A stretch of 64,000 bases of DNA from Pseudomonadota bacterium (GTDB lineage: Bacteria; Pseudomonadota; Gammaproteobacteria; Acidiferrobacterales; UBA6901), in contig JAKASJ010000003.1 in the NCBI GenBank assembly GCA_021819085.1, positions 35,272 to 99,271 of the forward strand, read 5' to 3'. The notes beneath the pieces are model-generated. The model had not been told where the DNA came from. It made no database searches and saw nothing but the letters and a program-made list of their open reading frames with translations. A program made the translations under genes and the position numbers. Positions 36,281 to 46,165 of the stretch are shown one piece after another. The first letter of the stretch is position 1; every line of letters starts with the position of its first letter.

Positions 36281-36559
36281 ATGACCCGCGTGAAAATATA
36301 CAGTACCGGTATTTGCCCCTTCTGCCAGAAAGCCAAGGGACTGCTCGAAAAATGGAGTATCCCCTTCACTGAGGTGCGTATCGATCTCGACCGGGCAGCC
36401 ATGCGGGAATATTCCCAAGTTACCAATGGCGCACGCACCGTTCCGCAGATCGTAATTGATGGCCGTTGTATTGGCGGTTTCACGGAATTGACGGAACTGC
36501 ATATGGAGGGCGCGCTCGATGCGCTCATGGAGCAGGCGCGGGACGGTGCTTCGCGCTGA
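36281..36559 (+). CDS. grxC: Glutaredoxin 3
   Basis: Starts at ATG 36281 (MTRVKIYSTGICPFCQKAKGLL...TVPQIVIDGRCIGGF). Confidence 0.9.
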   Translation: MTRVKIYSTGICPFCQKAKGLLEKWSIPFTEVRIDLDRAAMREYSQVTNGARTVPQIVIDGRCIGGFTELTELHMEGALDALMEQARDGASR

Positions 36560-36607
36560 CGCCGAGGGCGTCAGCCTCCCGGGTGCGATGCATGGCTCGC
36601 GGGGTGA

Positions 36608-38227
36608 TCAGTTCGGAGTTCCACGGGATGCGGCTCCTTGCTTTTTCCCGGCATGTGCACGTGCCACCGAGATAGCTGCCACGACGAGCCCGGAAAGGAC
36701 CGAGAAGATCGTTACCGCGAAAAGCCCGATCCAGCTTCCGACGCTCCGGGGGCGGAACAGGGCGGCCAACGGAGCGGCGAGGTTGAATCCGCCGGCCGGA
36801 GTTCGGTGCATCGCCCCCAGGGCCTGGATCGTCGCAAACGAAAGCGCTGCCAGAACGAAGGCTGCCAGACCGCTACCGAGGCCGCGTGCTACGAGTTCCC
36901 TGGAGCCCAGGGCGCGCGCCCGCGCGGTTGCCAGCAAGTCGATGTGCGGTTCGCGTGCGCCCAGAGGCGAAAAGCGCTGCAGCATGACCAGCCCCGGTAT
37001 TCCGACTGCCATCGTGAACAGGAAGAAATCCCGCCACCCGATCGCTGCTACCATTACCCCGGTCACGGGCCCGGCAAAAATGCGCGGCAGCGCGAAGATG
37101 CTTGAGAACAGCGCATACTGCGTTGCTGAAAATTCCTTTTGCGTCATGCGCAGCAACAGCACGCTGAATGCACCTGTACCCATGCCGGTGGCGAGGCTTT
37201 CGAAACCTATCGAACCGTACATGACCCAGCGGTTGATGCCGATTATGGCGATTAGCACATAGCCGAAATTCGACAGCAGCTGTAGTACGCCGAACGTCCA
37301 CAATGCATTGCCAAGACCCATCGCTGTGGTCAGGGCTCCTCCCAGGAAGGTTCCTGCCAGGGTCGCGGCCAAGCCGATCGTGGCAGTTGCCACGCCGACG
37401 TCGAGATCATTGAACCCCACATGCACCAGGAACGGCCGCACCAGTGCGCCGGCGAGATTGTCGGCCAGCTTGTAGAGGATCAGGAAGGCCAGCAGTTCCA
37501 GCGCCTGCTGCTTTGCCAGAAACCCGACCAGTGGCTCCCACACCGCGGCCCGCAGCGACTGCGGTGCGTGGATTCTGTCGGTACCGTTACTTGGTGAAAA
37601 CCACGTTACGACCATCATCGGCAAATAAAGTGCCGCGATGACCCAGAACATGACCGGCCAGGACCAAAGTCCAGCCAGGGTAATGGTAAGTCCGCCGGCG
37701 ACGAACATGGCCGCACGATAGATTGCGATGCGCGCACCTACTGCAATCCCCTGCTCTTCGGGGCGCAGGATCTCGACCGCATAGGCGTCGATCGCAATAT
37801 CCTGGCTAGCCGACGCGAAGGCGATGGCAAGCGTCAGGACGCCCGTGATCCAGATTGCGTCGGGGCGCGCAGCGACGCCGCCGAGCAGCAGGGTGGTGAG
37901 CAGCAGCAAGACCTGCCACAGAAGGGTCCAGCCTAGTTTGCGACTGAGTCTGGGGATGGGCAGTGTGTAGCGGTCGATCAGGGGCGACCACAGGAACTTG
38001 AAGCTCCACGGTGCCTGGGCGAGGGTGAAGAGCCCGATGACCCTGATGTCCACGCCTTCGCGGGCAAGCCAGGTGGGAATGGCGATCCAGACCAGACCGA
38101 GCGGCAGACCCGAGGCGAAAGACAGCAGGCTCACCGCGACCGTGCGTCGGCTGCGTGTCGCCAGCCACAGTGCTTGCCAGGTACGAGGCCGGTCAGACAT
38201 GGCCGTTGCTGGGTTCCGGCCAGTCAT
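36608..38227 (-). CDS. ampG: AmpG-family muropeptide MFS permease
   Basis: 539 aa with SFASGLPLGLVWIAIPTWL and WSFKFLWSPLIDRY, and many TM helices. Alternative start at ATG 38200. Confidence 0.85.
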   Translation of the reverse strand: MTGRNPATAMSDRPRTWQALWLATRSRRTVAVSLLSFASGLPLGLVWIAIPTWLAREGVDIRVIGLFTLAQAPWSFKFLWSPLIDRYTLPIPRLSRKLGWTLLWQVLLLLTTLLLGGVAARPDAIWITGVLTLAIAFASASQDIAIDAYAVEILRPEEQGIAVGARIAIYRAAMFVAGGLTITLAGLWSWPVMFWVIAALYLPMMVVTWFSPSNGTDRIHAPQSLRAAVWEPLVGFLAKQQALELLAFLILYKLADNLAGALVRPFLVHVGFNDLDVGVATATIGLAATLAGTFLGGALTTAMGLGNALWTFGVLQLLSNFGYVLIAIIGINRWVMYGSIGFESLATGMGTGAFSVLLLRMTQKEFSATQYALFSSIFALPRIFAGPVTGVMVAAIGWRDFFLFTMAVGIPGLVMLQRFSPLGAREPHIDLLATARARALGSRELVARGLGSGLAAFVLAALSFATIQALGAMHRTPAGGFNLAAPLAALFRPRSVGSWIGLFAVTIFSVLSGLVVAAISVARAHAGKKQGAASRGTPN

Positions 38228-38891
38228 CAGCGGCGCGACTGCCGGCGGCTCCGCACCGTGGATCCTCGTGCGTCATATGTATCAGCAGGATGGGCAGGAC
38301 GTCTTGTACCATTCGAATCCGGTCAAGTAAATGCGGCCAGGGTGGACCCGTTACGCTAGCGACGGAGTTCGACCGGCATGCCATGAAGCACGATGGTGCG
38401 GATCACTGAGCTTTTGAATTGGATCGGTGCCGTCCCCCACGCGATGGACGCCGGTGTTCTGTCCGCGACGTCCGCGCCAATGACCTCGGCACAGGAATGG
38501 CGCCGATTCTCTGGTCGTCCGGGGCCGGGATTTTCCGGGTGCCGGTGCTCGATACGCCGCACGTCTACCAAATTGAACCAGAATTCCTTCGTTACCATCT
38601 TGCCGCCGGGATCCCGGTCAGCGCCGGTTCCCGGGCCTGACGTGCACAAGGGAATCCGGTATCTGAATGATCGGCCTGTGGCCATTCCGGCCCAATCCAG
38701 TCCATTCCGGGTGCACCCCCCTAGCCAGTTTGCAAAATGTGCTGGCATGACCTTTGCTTATGTTCATGGGGAAGGATTGCATGAATTTGATGGCATCAAG
38801 CCAGTGGAGGTCTTCGATGAGATTTCCGCGTGTTATAAAGTATGTAGTCACTTACTATCATAAAATCGTAGCCTGGGCAAAGGCTGGCAAG

Positions 38892-39590
38892 ATGGCACTT
38901 TGTCTTGGGTTAATTGCGCTGGCCCTCTCGGTCGCCCCTGTCTGCGCTGCCGATGCACCTCTTGGAGGCGCAACCATCCGTTTGCCGATATTCAGTCACG
39001 ATTCCGGGTATGGGGAGCGTCTGTATCGGCAGGGGTTGATGCAGTTCAATCAAGGTCATCACGACCAGGCAGCGCAATTGTGGCGATTGCTGGCAGAAGA
39101 TGGAAATCGTGATGCCCAGTTCGCGCTTGGCGAACTGTACGCAAGCGGCGATGTTCAGGCGGGCATAGACCGAAACCTGGCCAAGGCCGCCAAATGGTAC
39201 CGGCGCGCAGCGAAACAGGGGCATGTCAGCGCACAGTATAATCTTGGGGTATTTTATGCCAGCGGCGTCGGTGTACCGCACGACTTGCGCGAAGCGGCAC
39301 GCTGGTGGCGGCTTGCCGCACTTCAGGGCCATATCCAGGCGCAATTCAACCTCGGCCTGCTGTATGCCCAGGGGACGGGCGTCGAGCCGAACCCGGCTGA
39401 GGCGGTCCGGTGGTGGGGCATGGCCGCAGAACATGGTTACGCGCCCGCCCAATTCAATCTGGGGCTCATGTACATCATGGGAGAAGGCGTGAAAGAAAGC
39501 CGCAGCCAGGCACTGCGCCTCTGGCAGTTGTCTGCCAGACAGGGCTTCGGCCAGGCCATTCATGCCCTGAAAGTCCTGAAACCGCGTTGA
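38892..39590 (+). CDS. Secreted Sel1-repeat (TPR-like) protein
   Basis: Signal peptide MALCLGLIALALSVAPVCAADA, followed by 5-6 Sel1 repeats (AQFNLGLLYAQGTGV..A..WW..AA.QG). Confidence 0.8.
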   Translation: MALCLGLIALALSVAPVCAADAPLGGATIRLPIFSHDSGYGERLYRQGLMQFNQGHHDQAAQLWRLLAEDGNRDAQFALGELYASGDVQAGIDRNLAKAAKWYRRAAKQGHVSAQYNLGVFYASGVGVPHDLREAARWWRLAALQGHIQAQFNLGLLYAQGTGVEPNPAEAVRWWGMAAEHGYAPAQFNLGLMYIMGEGVKESRSQALRLWQLSARQGFGQAIHALKVLKPR

Positions 39591-39844
39591 TAATGCCTTG
39601 ATGAATTCTAGATACTGGCAAAAAAATCATTAAAACACAAGTCTTTACATAGTCCATTCCGGGTATCAGCCCCACCCCTCGAGACCGTTGCGCGAAGGCA
39701 GCGTTCGCTGCACCTTTTTCCATGTTGCGGTCCAGCGCAGTTCGCAGCAAAATGGATCGCGCTACACGAGGCGCAAGTTTAGGATGCCTTGCGCGAGCGC
39801 CATAAATCTTTCCACTTGGAAAACTTAAAAGAGAGGAGAAGGAC

Positions 39845-40903
39845 ATGACAATAAAATCTATCACACGAAGCGGCGTAGTGCTCGGTCTTGCACTCGCCAT
39901 CATGGGGTGGTGTGCGAACGCCTTGGCGTCGCAGAAGTACGGGGTCTTTGAGCGCATCCTTGATGCCTCGGGAAGCTTTGCCCAGACCAATCAGGCGCTG
40001 GAGAAGAGTATCGCGGCATCGCACCTGGTGCTGCATGCGACGGACAACATCGCGGTACCCCACAACATCCAGCAGGCGCGGGTTTATATCCTGACCTCGC
40101 CGGCCTACGAAAACGCTGCCAAGGACATGCCACCCAATACGATTTCCGCCCAGATTTTGCGGATTGCTGTCTACACCTATGGCCCCGGCAAGAAGACCCA
40201 GATCGACATGGCCAATCCTGTTGCTTTGGCGATGGTGTATTACGCCAAGTCGAAGGAGTATCCGCAGATGATCGCGGCGGCGAAAGCGGTGTCCCAGGAG
40301 ATCAAGGACGTGGTGGCCAAGGTGCCGGGAACGCCGGTTTCGGTCCAGCTCGCTCCGCGGCGTTCTGAAAGCGACCTCAACAGCTTCGACGGTGACGGCC
40401 CGGCCAAGATGATGGCCGGTTGGGACAACTGGCGCGAGAGCCAGGATACCGTCTTCAAGGCCAAACCGGAAAATTTCGCGGCTACTGTTGCCAAGGTTTC
40501 CGCCGCGTTGCGCGCCAGTTCCAAGGGTGCGGATAATGCGGATAATTCGTCCGCGTGGCACGTTGTGGCAGAGATTCCCGTTGGGCCCAACGCCGTTTGG
40601 TTCGGCATCGATAATGCCTATACCCAGAACAAGTGCATCCGGATCAACTCGCAGTTCCGCAGCCGCGGCAAAACCAAGGATGCACCCTTCCCTGGCGTAG
40701 ACCATGCGCCGGCACTGCCGCTTGAGGTCTTGGTGATCAACAATGGGGACCACGTACAGGTGGCGCAGTACGGCGAGATGTGGCGCATGCAGCTGTACTT
40801 CTGGGATTCCGGATACCTGGCATTTGCAACAAACACGCTGATACCCAGCACCATCTATGGATCGATCAAGCACGCACTGACTGCGACCGTCGCGAGCAAT
40901 TAA
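39845..40903 (+). CDS. Secreted hypothetical protein (352 aa)
   Basis: GAGGAGAAGG lies 3 nt before the ATG, and the signal peptide ends ANALA|SQ. The N-terminal third vaguely resembles DUF302. No confident family. Confidence 0.6.
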   Translation: MTIKSITRSGVVLGLALAIMGWCANALASQKYGVFERILDASGSFAQTNQALEKSIAASHLVLHATDNIAVPHNIQQARVYILTSPAYENAAKDMPPNTISAQILRIAVYTYGPGKKTQIDMANPVALAMVYYAKSKEYPQMIAAAKAVSQEIKDVVAKVPGTPVSVQLAPRRSESDLNSFDGDGPAKMMAGWDNWRESQDTVFKAKPENFAATVAKVSAALRASSKGADNADNSSAWHVVAEIPVGPNAVWFGIDNAYTQNKCIRINSQFRSRGKTKDAPFPGVDHAPALPLEVLVINNGDHVQVAQYGEMWRMQLYFWDSGYLAFATNTLIPSTIYGSIKHALTATVASN

Positions 40904-40913
40904 CGCGAACTGA

Positions 40914-42920
40914 TCAGGGTACGGTGATACGCGGGCCGGAGATCTGCTCCGGCCCTTTTTTTTGGCTGTCGGGCATGCTGCCTTCCATGCCGGGGATTGC
41001 CGGGTCGATCTTCCCGAGCATTGTCTGGGTTATGCACTGCTGCTTTTGCAAGGCCTCGCGTGCGGCCTCCAGCTCGGCGATTCGTTCGCCGAGATTTTCG
41101 AGATTGTCACGGATCCTGTTGAGGTTCTGAAGACGCTGTTCCATCTGCATCCTGTGTTCTCGGATGCGTGTCATCAGTGGTGTCATGATGGCCTTGCCCC
41201 AGGCTTTTGCGCCCCCGTTGCATTGCTCATAGATGCCCCGTGCACGACTGACAAGCGTGATGAAGAATTTCTTGATTACGAAGTGCTGTTCGGTCATCAG
41301 CATGGCAGGGCTGCTGCGGAACGCTTCGGCTTCGTCCTGAAGCCTTTGCAGCTCGCTGCGGTATGCCAGAAGCGAGAATCCGACTGGCTTCAGCCGTGTA
41401 ATGCCCTGGTCAGCATCCAGCTTTCTGTATATTGCATCCACCAGGCCTCTGATCTGATGAACCTGCTTGTTGACCTTTTCCATCGATTCGGCAGTGCCAC
41501 GAAAGAAGCCAGCCATTCCGACCTTGATGCCATGCGTTGTCCAGCTGTCTTGCATTTCGCGGCGTGTGCGGGCGATAAGCCGGTCAAAGTTCTCCATGCT
41601 GAGGTATTCCAGCAGAATACGGATCTGGTCTGACAGGACGGCACGCACCGACTGGAAGTTTTCAAATTTGCTGTCGTATGCCTCTTTCTCGGTCTTCAGG
41701 CGCGTCACCAGCAGCTGGATGACGTCGCGACTCTTTCCGCCGAGGCTCCTGAGCTCGCCTAGCTGGCTGTCGGTGTCGGCCAGGCGTGCGGCAATGAGCG
41801 CTTCGGTGTTGCGGACCATGTCGCCGATCTCGCGCGCAACCTTTTCGCGCAGGTAGGTTTCCCTGGAAGGAACGAGATCCTCGGCGAGGCTGGTCTCCAG
41901 TGCCAGCAGGCCGCTTCGCTCAACCAGGGCATGGTCGGCCTTGATCTTGGCGAGCAGGCCTTTTTGTGCTGATACCGGAAACACCCGGCTTCTGCTGATG
42001 CCCAGGGCGCGGGCGGTCTCCACCGCCTGGCGCGATATGGTGTCCGCAACCGCATCCTCGCCGCGCAACTCGTCCCACAGGATGTCAATCTTGTTGAGCA
42101 GCGCAAAACATCCGTTTTTGTCTGCTCCTCTGACAGCACGCACATGGTTGTTCCACAGGGCCAGGTCCGATTTTGTGACGCCGGCGTCCGCCGCCACGAC
42201 GAACATTACCGCCTGTGCATTCGGCAGCATGCTGAGGGTCAGTTCCGGTTCATTTCCCATCGAGTTGAGCCCGGGTGTGTCAAGGATGACCAGGCCCTGC
42301 CTGAGCAGCGGGTGCGGATAATTCACGATGGCATGGCGCCATACCGGAATCTCCACCTTTCCGCCGGTACCTACATGTGCCGACTTGCTATCGTCCTGGG
42401 GACGGCAGAAGCCCAGTTCACGCGCTTCGGAAAGGCTCACGGCCTTGGTTTTCATGATTTCCCGGAATGTCTCAGCCATTTTTCGCGGGGAATCGAGATC
42501 CAGGGGTAGTGTCGTCCACTGGATTGGCGTGCGCTTCAATTCGGCAATGGTAAGCGCGGAACCGCGCGTTTCTATGGGTAGAAGCCTGAGGCAAGAAGGC
42601 ATGCGCTCGTCATACAGGAGTTCCGTCGGGCACATGGTTGTGCGACCAGCATCCGACGGAAGCAGCTGGCGCTTGCTGTCCGCGAAAAATATGGCATTGA
42701 TGAGTGCGGTTTTGCCCCGCGAAAGCTCTGCCACCATTGCCACTGTGAGTTTGTCCGACTTGAGGCTGTCAATTAGCTCATAAATCCGCAAGTCGTCCTC
42801 GCCGCTGCCCAGCCCCTGCTGCTCCGCCCAGTTCTGATATTCACCGATGGAGGCGATCAGATCGTCGCGCCACTTTCGGTAGTGTGAAAGGTGTCGGGAA
42901 AGGGTATTGGTCACAGCCAT
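40914..42920 (-). CDS. Bacterial dynamin-like GTPase
   Basis: Starts at ATG 42920 after GGAGGAG. G1 motif AELSRGKTALINAIF, then DTPGLNS, followed by long helical stalk regions. The 104-codon upstream ORF extension is rejected. Confidence 0.8.
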   Translation of the reverse strand: MAVTNTLSRHLSHYRKWRDDLIASIGEYQNWAEQQGLGSGEDDLRIYELIDSLKSDKLTVAMVAELSRGKTALINAIFFADSKRQLLPSDAGRTTMCPTELLYDERMPSCLRLLPIETRGSALTIAELKRTPIQWTTLPLDLDSPRKMAETFREIMKTKAVSLSEARELGFCRPQDDSKSAHVGTGGKVEIPVWRHAIVNYPHPLLRQGLVILDTPGLNSMGNEPELTLSMLPNAQAVMFVVAADAGVTKSDLALWNNHVRAVRGADKNGCFALLNKIDILWDELRGEDAVADTISRQAVETARALGISRSRVFPVSAQKGLLAKIKADHALVERSGLLALETSLAEDLVPSRETYLREKVAREIGDMVRNTEALIAARLADTDSQLGELRSLGGKSRDVIQLLVTRLKTEKEAYDSKFENFQSVRAVLSDQIRILLEYLSMENFDRLIARTRREMQDSWTTHGIKVGMAGFFRGTAESMEKVNKQVHQIRGLVDAIYRKLDADQGITRLKPVGFSLLAYRSELQRLQDEAEAFRSSPAMLMTEQHFVIKKFFITLVSRARGIYEQCNGGAKAWGKAIMTPLMTRIREHRMQMEQRLQNLNRIRDNLENLGERIAELEAAREALQKQQCITQTMLGKIDPAIPGMEGSMPDSQKKGPEQISGPRITVP

Positions 42921-43068
42921 GAAATGAACTGTCTCCTCCCGATCCGGCTGCTCCGCAGCATGGATTGGCGGATTGCCTCGAAGCATCCTTCTGCCACCGT
43001 CCAGATTTGCGCGCGCCGCAGCCTGCATGCCGCTGCTGCCCGGTGGAGCTGGGTAGCGGTTCGGGCCT

Positions 43069-43377
43069 TCACTTCGCGCAGACGTGGCCGAGTTCCGGTG
43101 GCAGCCGCGCCGGCGACAGAATGCGGGCAAGTTTGATTTTGGCGCTATGCCCCCGCACCAGCATGACACGGCTTTTGGCCACTCCGAAACATTCGGCCAG
43201 AAAGGCAATGAGCTGCGCATTCGCGAGGCCATCGACCGGTGCGGCCTTGATGCGCACCTTCACGCAGTCGCCCTGGGCTCCGAGCATCTCGTTGTGACGC
43301 GCGCGCGGCTGGACCCGCAATCTCAAGAGCAGGTCCGGCCCATCCCAGGTTGCCGCCACGGCTAGGCGTTCAGCCAT
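43069..43377 (-). CDS. yggU: YggU (DUF167/UPF0235) protein
   Basis: 102 aa with LRVQPRARHNEM..VKVRIKAAPVDGLANAQLIAFLAECFGVAKSRVMLVRGHSAKIK. Confidence 0.8.
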   Translation of the reverse strand: MAERLAVAATWDGPDLLLRLRVQPRARHNEMLGAQGDCVKVRIKAAPVDGLANAQLIAFLAECFGVAKSRVMLVRGHSAKIKLARILSPARLPPELGHVCAK

Positions 43378-43964
43378 GCAGATGCCGACCCGAAAGCCAA
43401 TTGCACAATGCTCAGGGCCAGATGATCAACAAACATTACCGCAAGCTCGAGCAGAATGAGTACCACGACCGGAGACAGATCGAGTCCGCCGATGGGCGGG
43501 ATGATGCGCCGTGCCGGACGCAGCAGCGGTTCCGTCAGGCTTATAAGCAAGTGCATGACAGGACTGCGCGGGTAGGGTGCGACCCAGCTGAGAATTGCCC
43601 GGGCCAGTATCGTGAACAGAAAAACGTAGAGCGTGAGATCCGCAATCTGGGACAGCGACAGCACCGCAAGCATCAATGCCGTGACCCGGTAGCCGCGCAG
43701 CAGGGCGATGAGATACTGTTCGATGGCCGCGAGCGCAACCAGCAGCACGACCGATGCCCAGTCGATGCCCCACAAGCCCGGAATCAGCCGCCGCAGCGGG
43801 AGCAGCGGCGGATTTGTGACCGCAACCAGGAACTGCGCCAGTGGATTGTAGAAGTCGGCGCGCACTCTTTGCAGTAGAAACCTCACCAATACGGCAAGGA
43901 TGTACATTCCGAAGAGGGTATTTACGATCAGCATACCCGCTTGTGAAAAAAAACCATCCATCAT
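43362..43964 (-). CDS. yggT: YggT-family membrane protein
   Basis: 200 aa with duplicated YGGT motifs (RFLLQRVRADFYNPLAQFLVAVTNP). ATGA overlap with the proC stop. Confidence 0.85.
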   Translation of the reverse strand: MMDGFFSQAGMLIVNTLFGMYILAVLVRFLLQRVRADFYNPLAQFLVAVTNPPLLPLRRLIPGLWGIDWASVVLLVALAAIEQYLIALLRGYRVTALMLAVLSLSQIADLTLYVFLFTILARAILSWVAPYPRSPVMHLLISLTEPLLRPARRIIPPIGGLDLSPVVVLILLELAVMFVDHLALSIVQLAFGSASAWLNA

Positions 43965-44788
43965 TGCTTTCCCAGGATCTCGGCCAGTTCGCGCGCCCGC
44001 TCGACTGCGGCAGTCACGGCATCATTGAACAGGCGTCCAATATGCCCTTCCTCCAGGACCTGAACCGCGCGCTCAGTGGTGCCACCCGGCGAAGTGACAC
44101 GGCGACGCAATTGGACCGGCTCTTCACCTCCCTCAAGCGCCATCTTGGCGGCGCCATAGGCAGTTTCAAGGGTCAGAAGCCGTGCGGTTGCCGGGTCAAG
44201 CCCGTGCTTCAGCGCCGCCCGCTCAAGCTCTTCCATCACAAGGAAAAAATACGCCGGTCCGCTGCCGGAAACGGCCGTAACGACATCCATCAGGCTTTCG
44301 GCCTCAAGCCACACGGTCACCCCGACCGCACGCAGGATTGATTCGGCCTCATCGCGCTGCGACTGGGTTGCAAATTCGTTGGCAAAAAGACCGGCGGCAC
44401 CCGAGCCGATGAGCGCCGCGGTATTGGGCATCACCCGTACAATCGCCAGCCCCCCACCGAGCCAGCGCTGAAGATCGTCAACCCGTACCCCCGCGGCTAT
44501 GGAAACGACAAGGGGTCTGGTCTTCTGCACGCGGGCCGCGATTCCGGCTGCGATGCCTCTGAGCAGCTGTGGCTTGATTGCCAGAACGATTACATCCGCG
44601 CGGGTGGCGACTTCGTCATTGTTCTCGTAGGAGACAAGGCCCAGCGTCTCAGTTACCGCCTTCCGCTGCTGCAGGTCCGGATCCGACAGAATCAGGTCCT
44701 GTTTCCGCCAGCCGTTGGCAACCAGCCCGCCCGCAAGGCTGCGGGCCATGTTGCCGGCACCGATAAATCCGATTACATGATGGTTCAT
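43961..44788 (-). CDS. proC: Pyrroline-5-carboxylate reductase
   Basis: Starts at ATG 44788 (MNHHVIGFIGAGNMARSLAGGL...). C-terminus has SPGGTTERAV. Confidence 0.93.
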   Translation of the reverse strand: MNHHVIGFIGAGNMARSLAGGLVANGWRKQDLILSDPDLQQRKAVTETLGLVSYENNDEVATRADVIVLAIKPQLLRGIAAGIAARVQKTRPLVVSIAAGVRVDDLQRWLGGGLAIVRVMPNTAALIGSGAAGLFANEFATQSQRDEAESILRAVGVTVWLEAESLMDVVTAVSGSGPAYFFLVMEELERAALKHGLDPATARLLTLETAYGAAKMALEGGEEPVQLRRRVTSPGGTTERAVQVLEEGHIGRLFNDAVTAAVERARELAEILGKQ

Positions 44789-45082
44789 CGCTATCCGAAA
44801 CGTCGCCTCCCCCCGCTTTCCCAGTGTAGAACGACATGAGGGCCGAGCGAAAGCCCATAATTCGATGTTTGTGCAGCGTAGTCGCCACGCCGCTCCGGAT
44901 GGAACCCGGCATAACCCGGCCGGTCCCGGGGGGCCACTGGCCGAACAGATTTCGGTCGCAGGGGTGCCCACAGACCGATAGGCGGACAGCATGGGGCTGC
45001 GGGCAGCCTTGTTTGTGGGCCGGTGCCCGTTATACTAAAAAAGACTCCACTTTCCGAATACTCCGCCGACAGGAGATGATGC

Positions 45083-46165
45083 ATGGACATCGCCGAATTA
45101 CTGGCGTTTGCCTACAAACAGAACGCCTCGGATCTGCATTTATCCGCAGGCCTGCCGCCCCTCATACGCATTGATGGCGACGTCAAGCGCATAAACGTGG
45201 ACCCGCTGGACGATCGCACCGTCCACAACATGATCTACGATATCATGACGGACAAGCAGCAGAAGGATTACGAGGAATTCCTGGAAACCGATTTCTCGTT
45301 CGACCTGCCCAACATCTCGCGATTCCGTGTCAATGCGTTCAATCAGCAACGTGGTCCGGGCGCCGTATTTCGTACCATTCCGTCGAAAGTTTTGACGCTG
45401 GAGCAGCTGGGGGCTCCTCCCAGCTTCAAGGAGATTTGCGACCAGCCGCGTGGCATCGTTCTGGTGACCGGCCCGACGGGATCCGGAAAATCCACGACGC
45501 TGGCGGCGATGATCAACTACATCAACGACAGCCGCCATGAGCACATCCTCACCATCGAGGATCCGATCGAGTTCGTGCACACAAGCAAGAACTGTCTGAT
45601 CAACCAGCGCGAGGTCGGGCGCGATACCCTTGGTTTCAACAATGCGTTGCGGTCGGCGCTGCGCGAGGACCCGGATGTGGTTCTGGTCGGGGAACTTCGC
45701 GACCTCGAAACCATACGCCTTGCCCTGACAGCCGCCGAGACCGGGCATCTGGTATTCGGCACACTGCATACCAGTTCGGCCGCCAAGACTGTGGACCGAA
45801 TCGTCGACGTCTTTCCGGCAGCGGAAAAAGACATGGTTCGGGCCATGCTCTCCGAGAGTCTGCGCGCGGTTATAGCGCAAAGCCTGCTGAAGAAGCTGAG
45901 CGGTGGGCGCATTGCGGCTCACGAGATAATGATCGGCACGCCAGCGATCCGTAATCTGATCCGGGAAAACAAGATCGCGCAGATGTATTCGGCTATGCAG
46001 ACCAGTCAGGCGCTGGGTATGCAGACGCTGGATCAGTGCCTCATGGAAATGGTTCGCAACCGCATGGTGAGTCTCGAAGAAGCCCGTTCGTACGCGGCGA
46101 ACAAGGACAATTTCGGGGGCGCCTCGGCAGGCGGAAACAGTGCAGTCACCGGAGGTAAACGATAG
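45083..46165 (+). CDS. pilT: Type IV pilus retraction ATPase PilT
   Basis: 360 aa with MDIAELLAFAYKQNASDLHLSAG, Walker A GPTGSGKSTT and AHEIMIGTPAIRNLIRE. Confidence 0.95.
   Translation: MDIAELLAFAYKQNASDLHLSAGLPPLIRIDGDVKRINVDPLDDRTVHNMIYDIMTDKQQKDYEEFLETDFSFDLPNISRFRVNAFNQQRGPGAVFRTIPSKVLTLEQLGAPPSFKEICDQPRGIVLVTGPTGSGKSTTLAAMINYINDSRHEHILTIEDPIEFVHTSKNCLINQREVGRDTLGFNNALRSALREDPDVVLVGELRDLETIRLALTAAETGHLVFGTLHTSSAAKTVDRIVDVFPAAEKDMVRAMLSESLRAVIAQSLLKKLSGGRIAAHEIMIGTPAIRNLIRENKIAQMYSAMQTSQALGMQTLDQCLMEMVRNRMVSLEEARSYAANKDNFGGASAGGNSAVTGGKR

Noticed and set aside
38356-38863. 130-aa (-), 77-aa (-) and 156-aa (+) ORFs between ampG and the Sel1 gene
   Set aside because: They mutually overlap and have no SD and no recognisable domains. 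They are treated as non-coding or a possible gene remnant.
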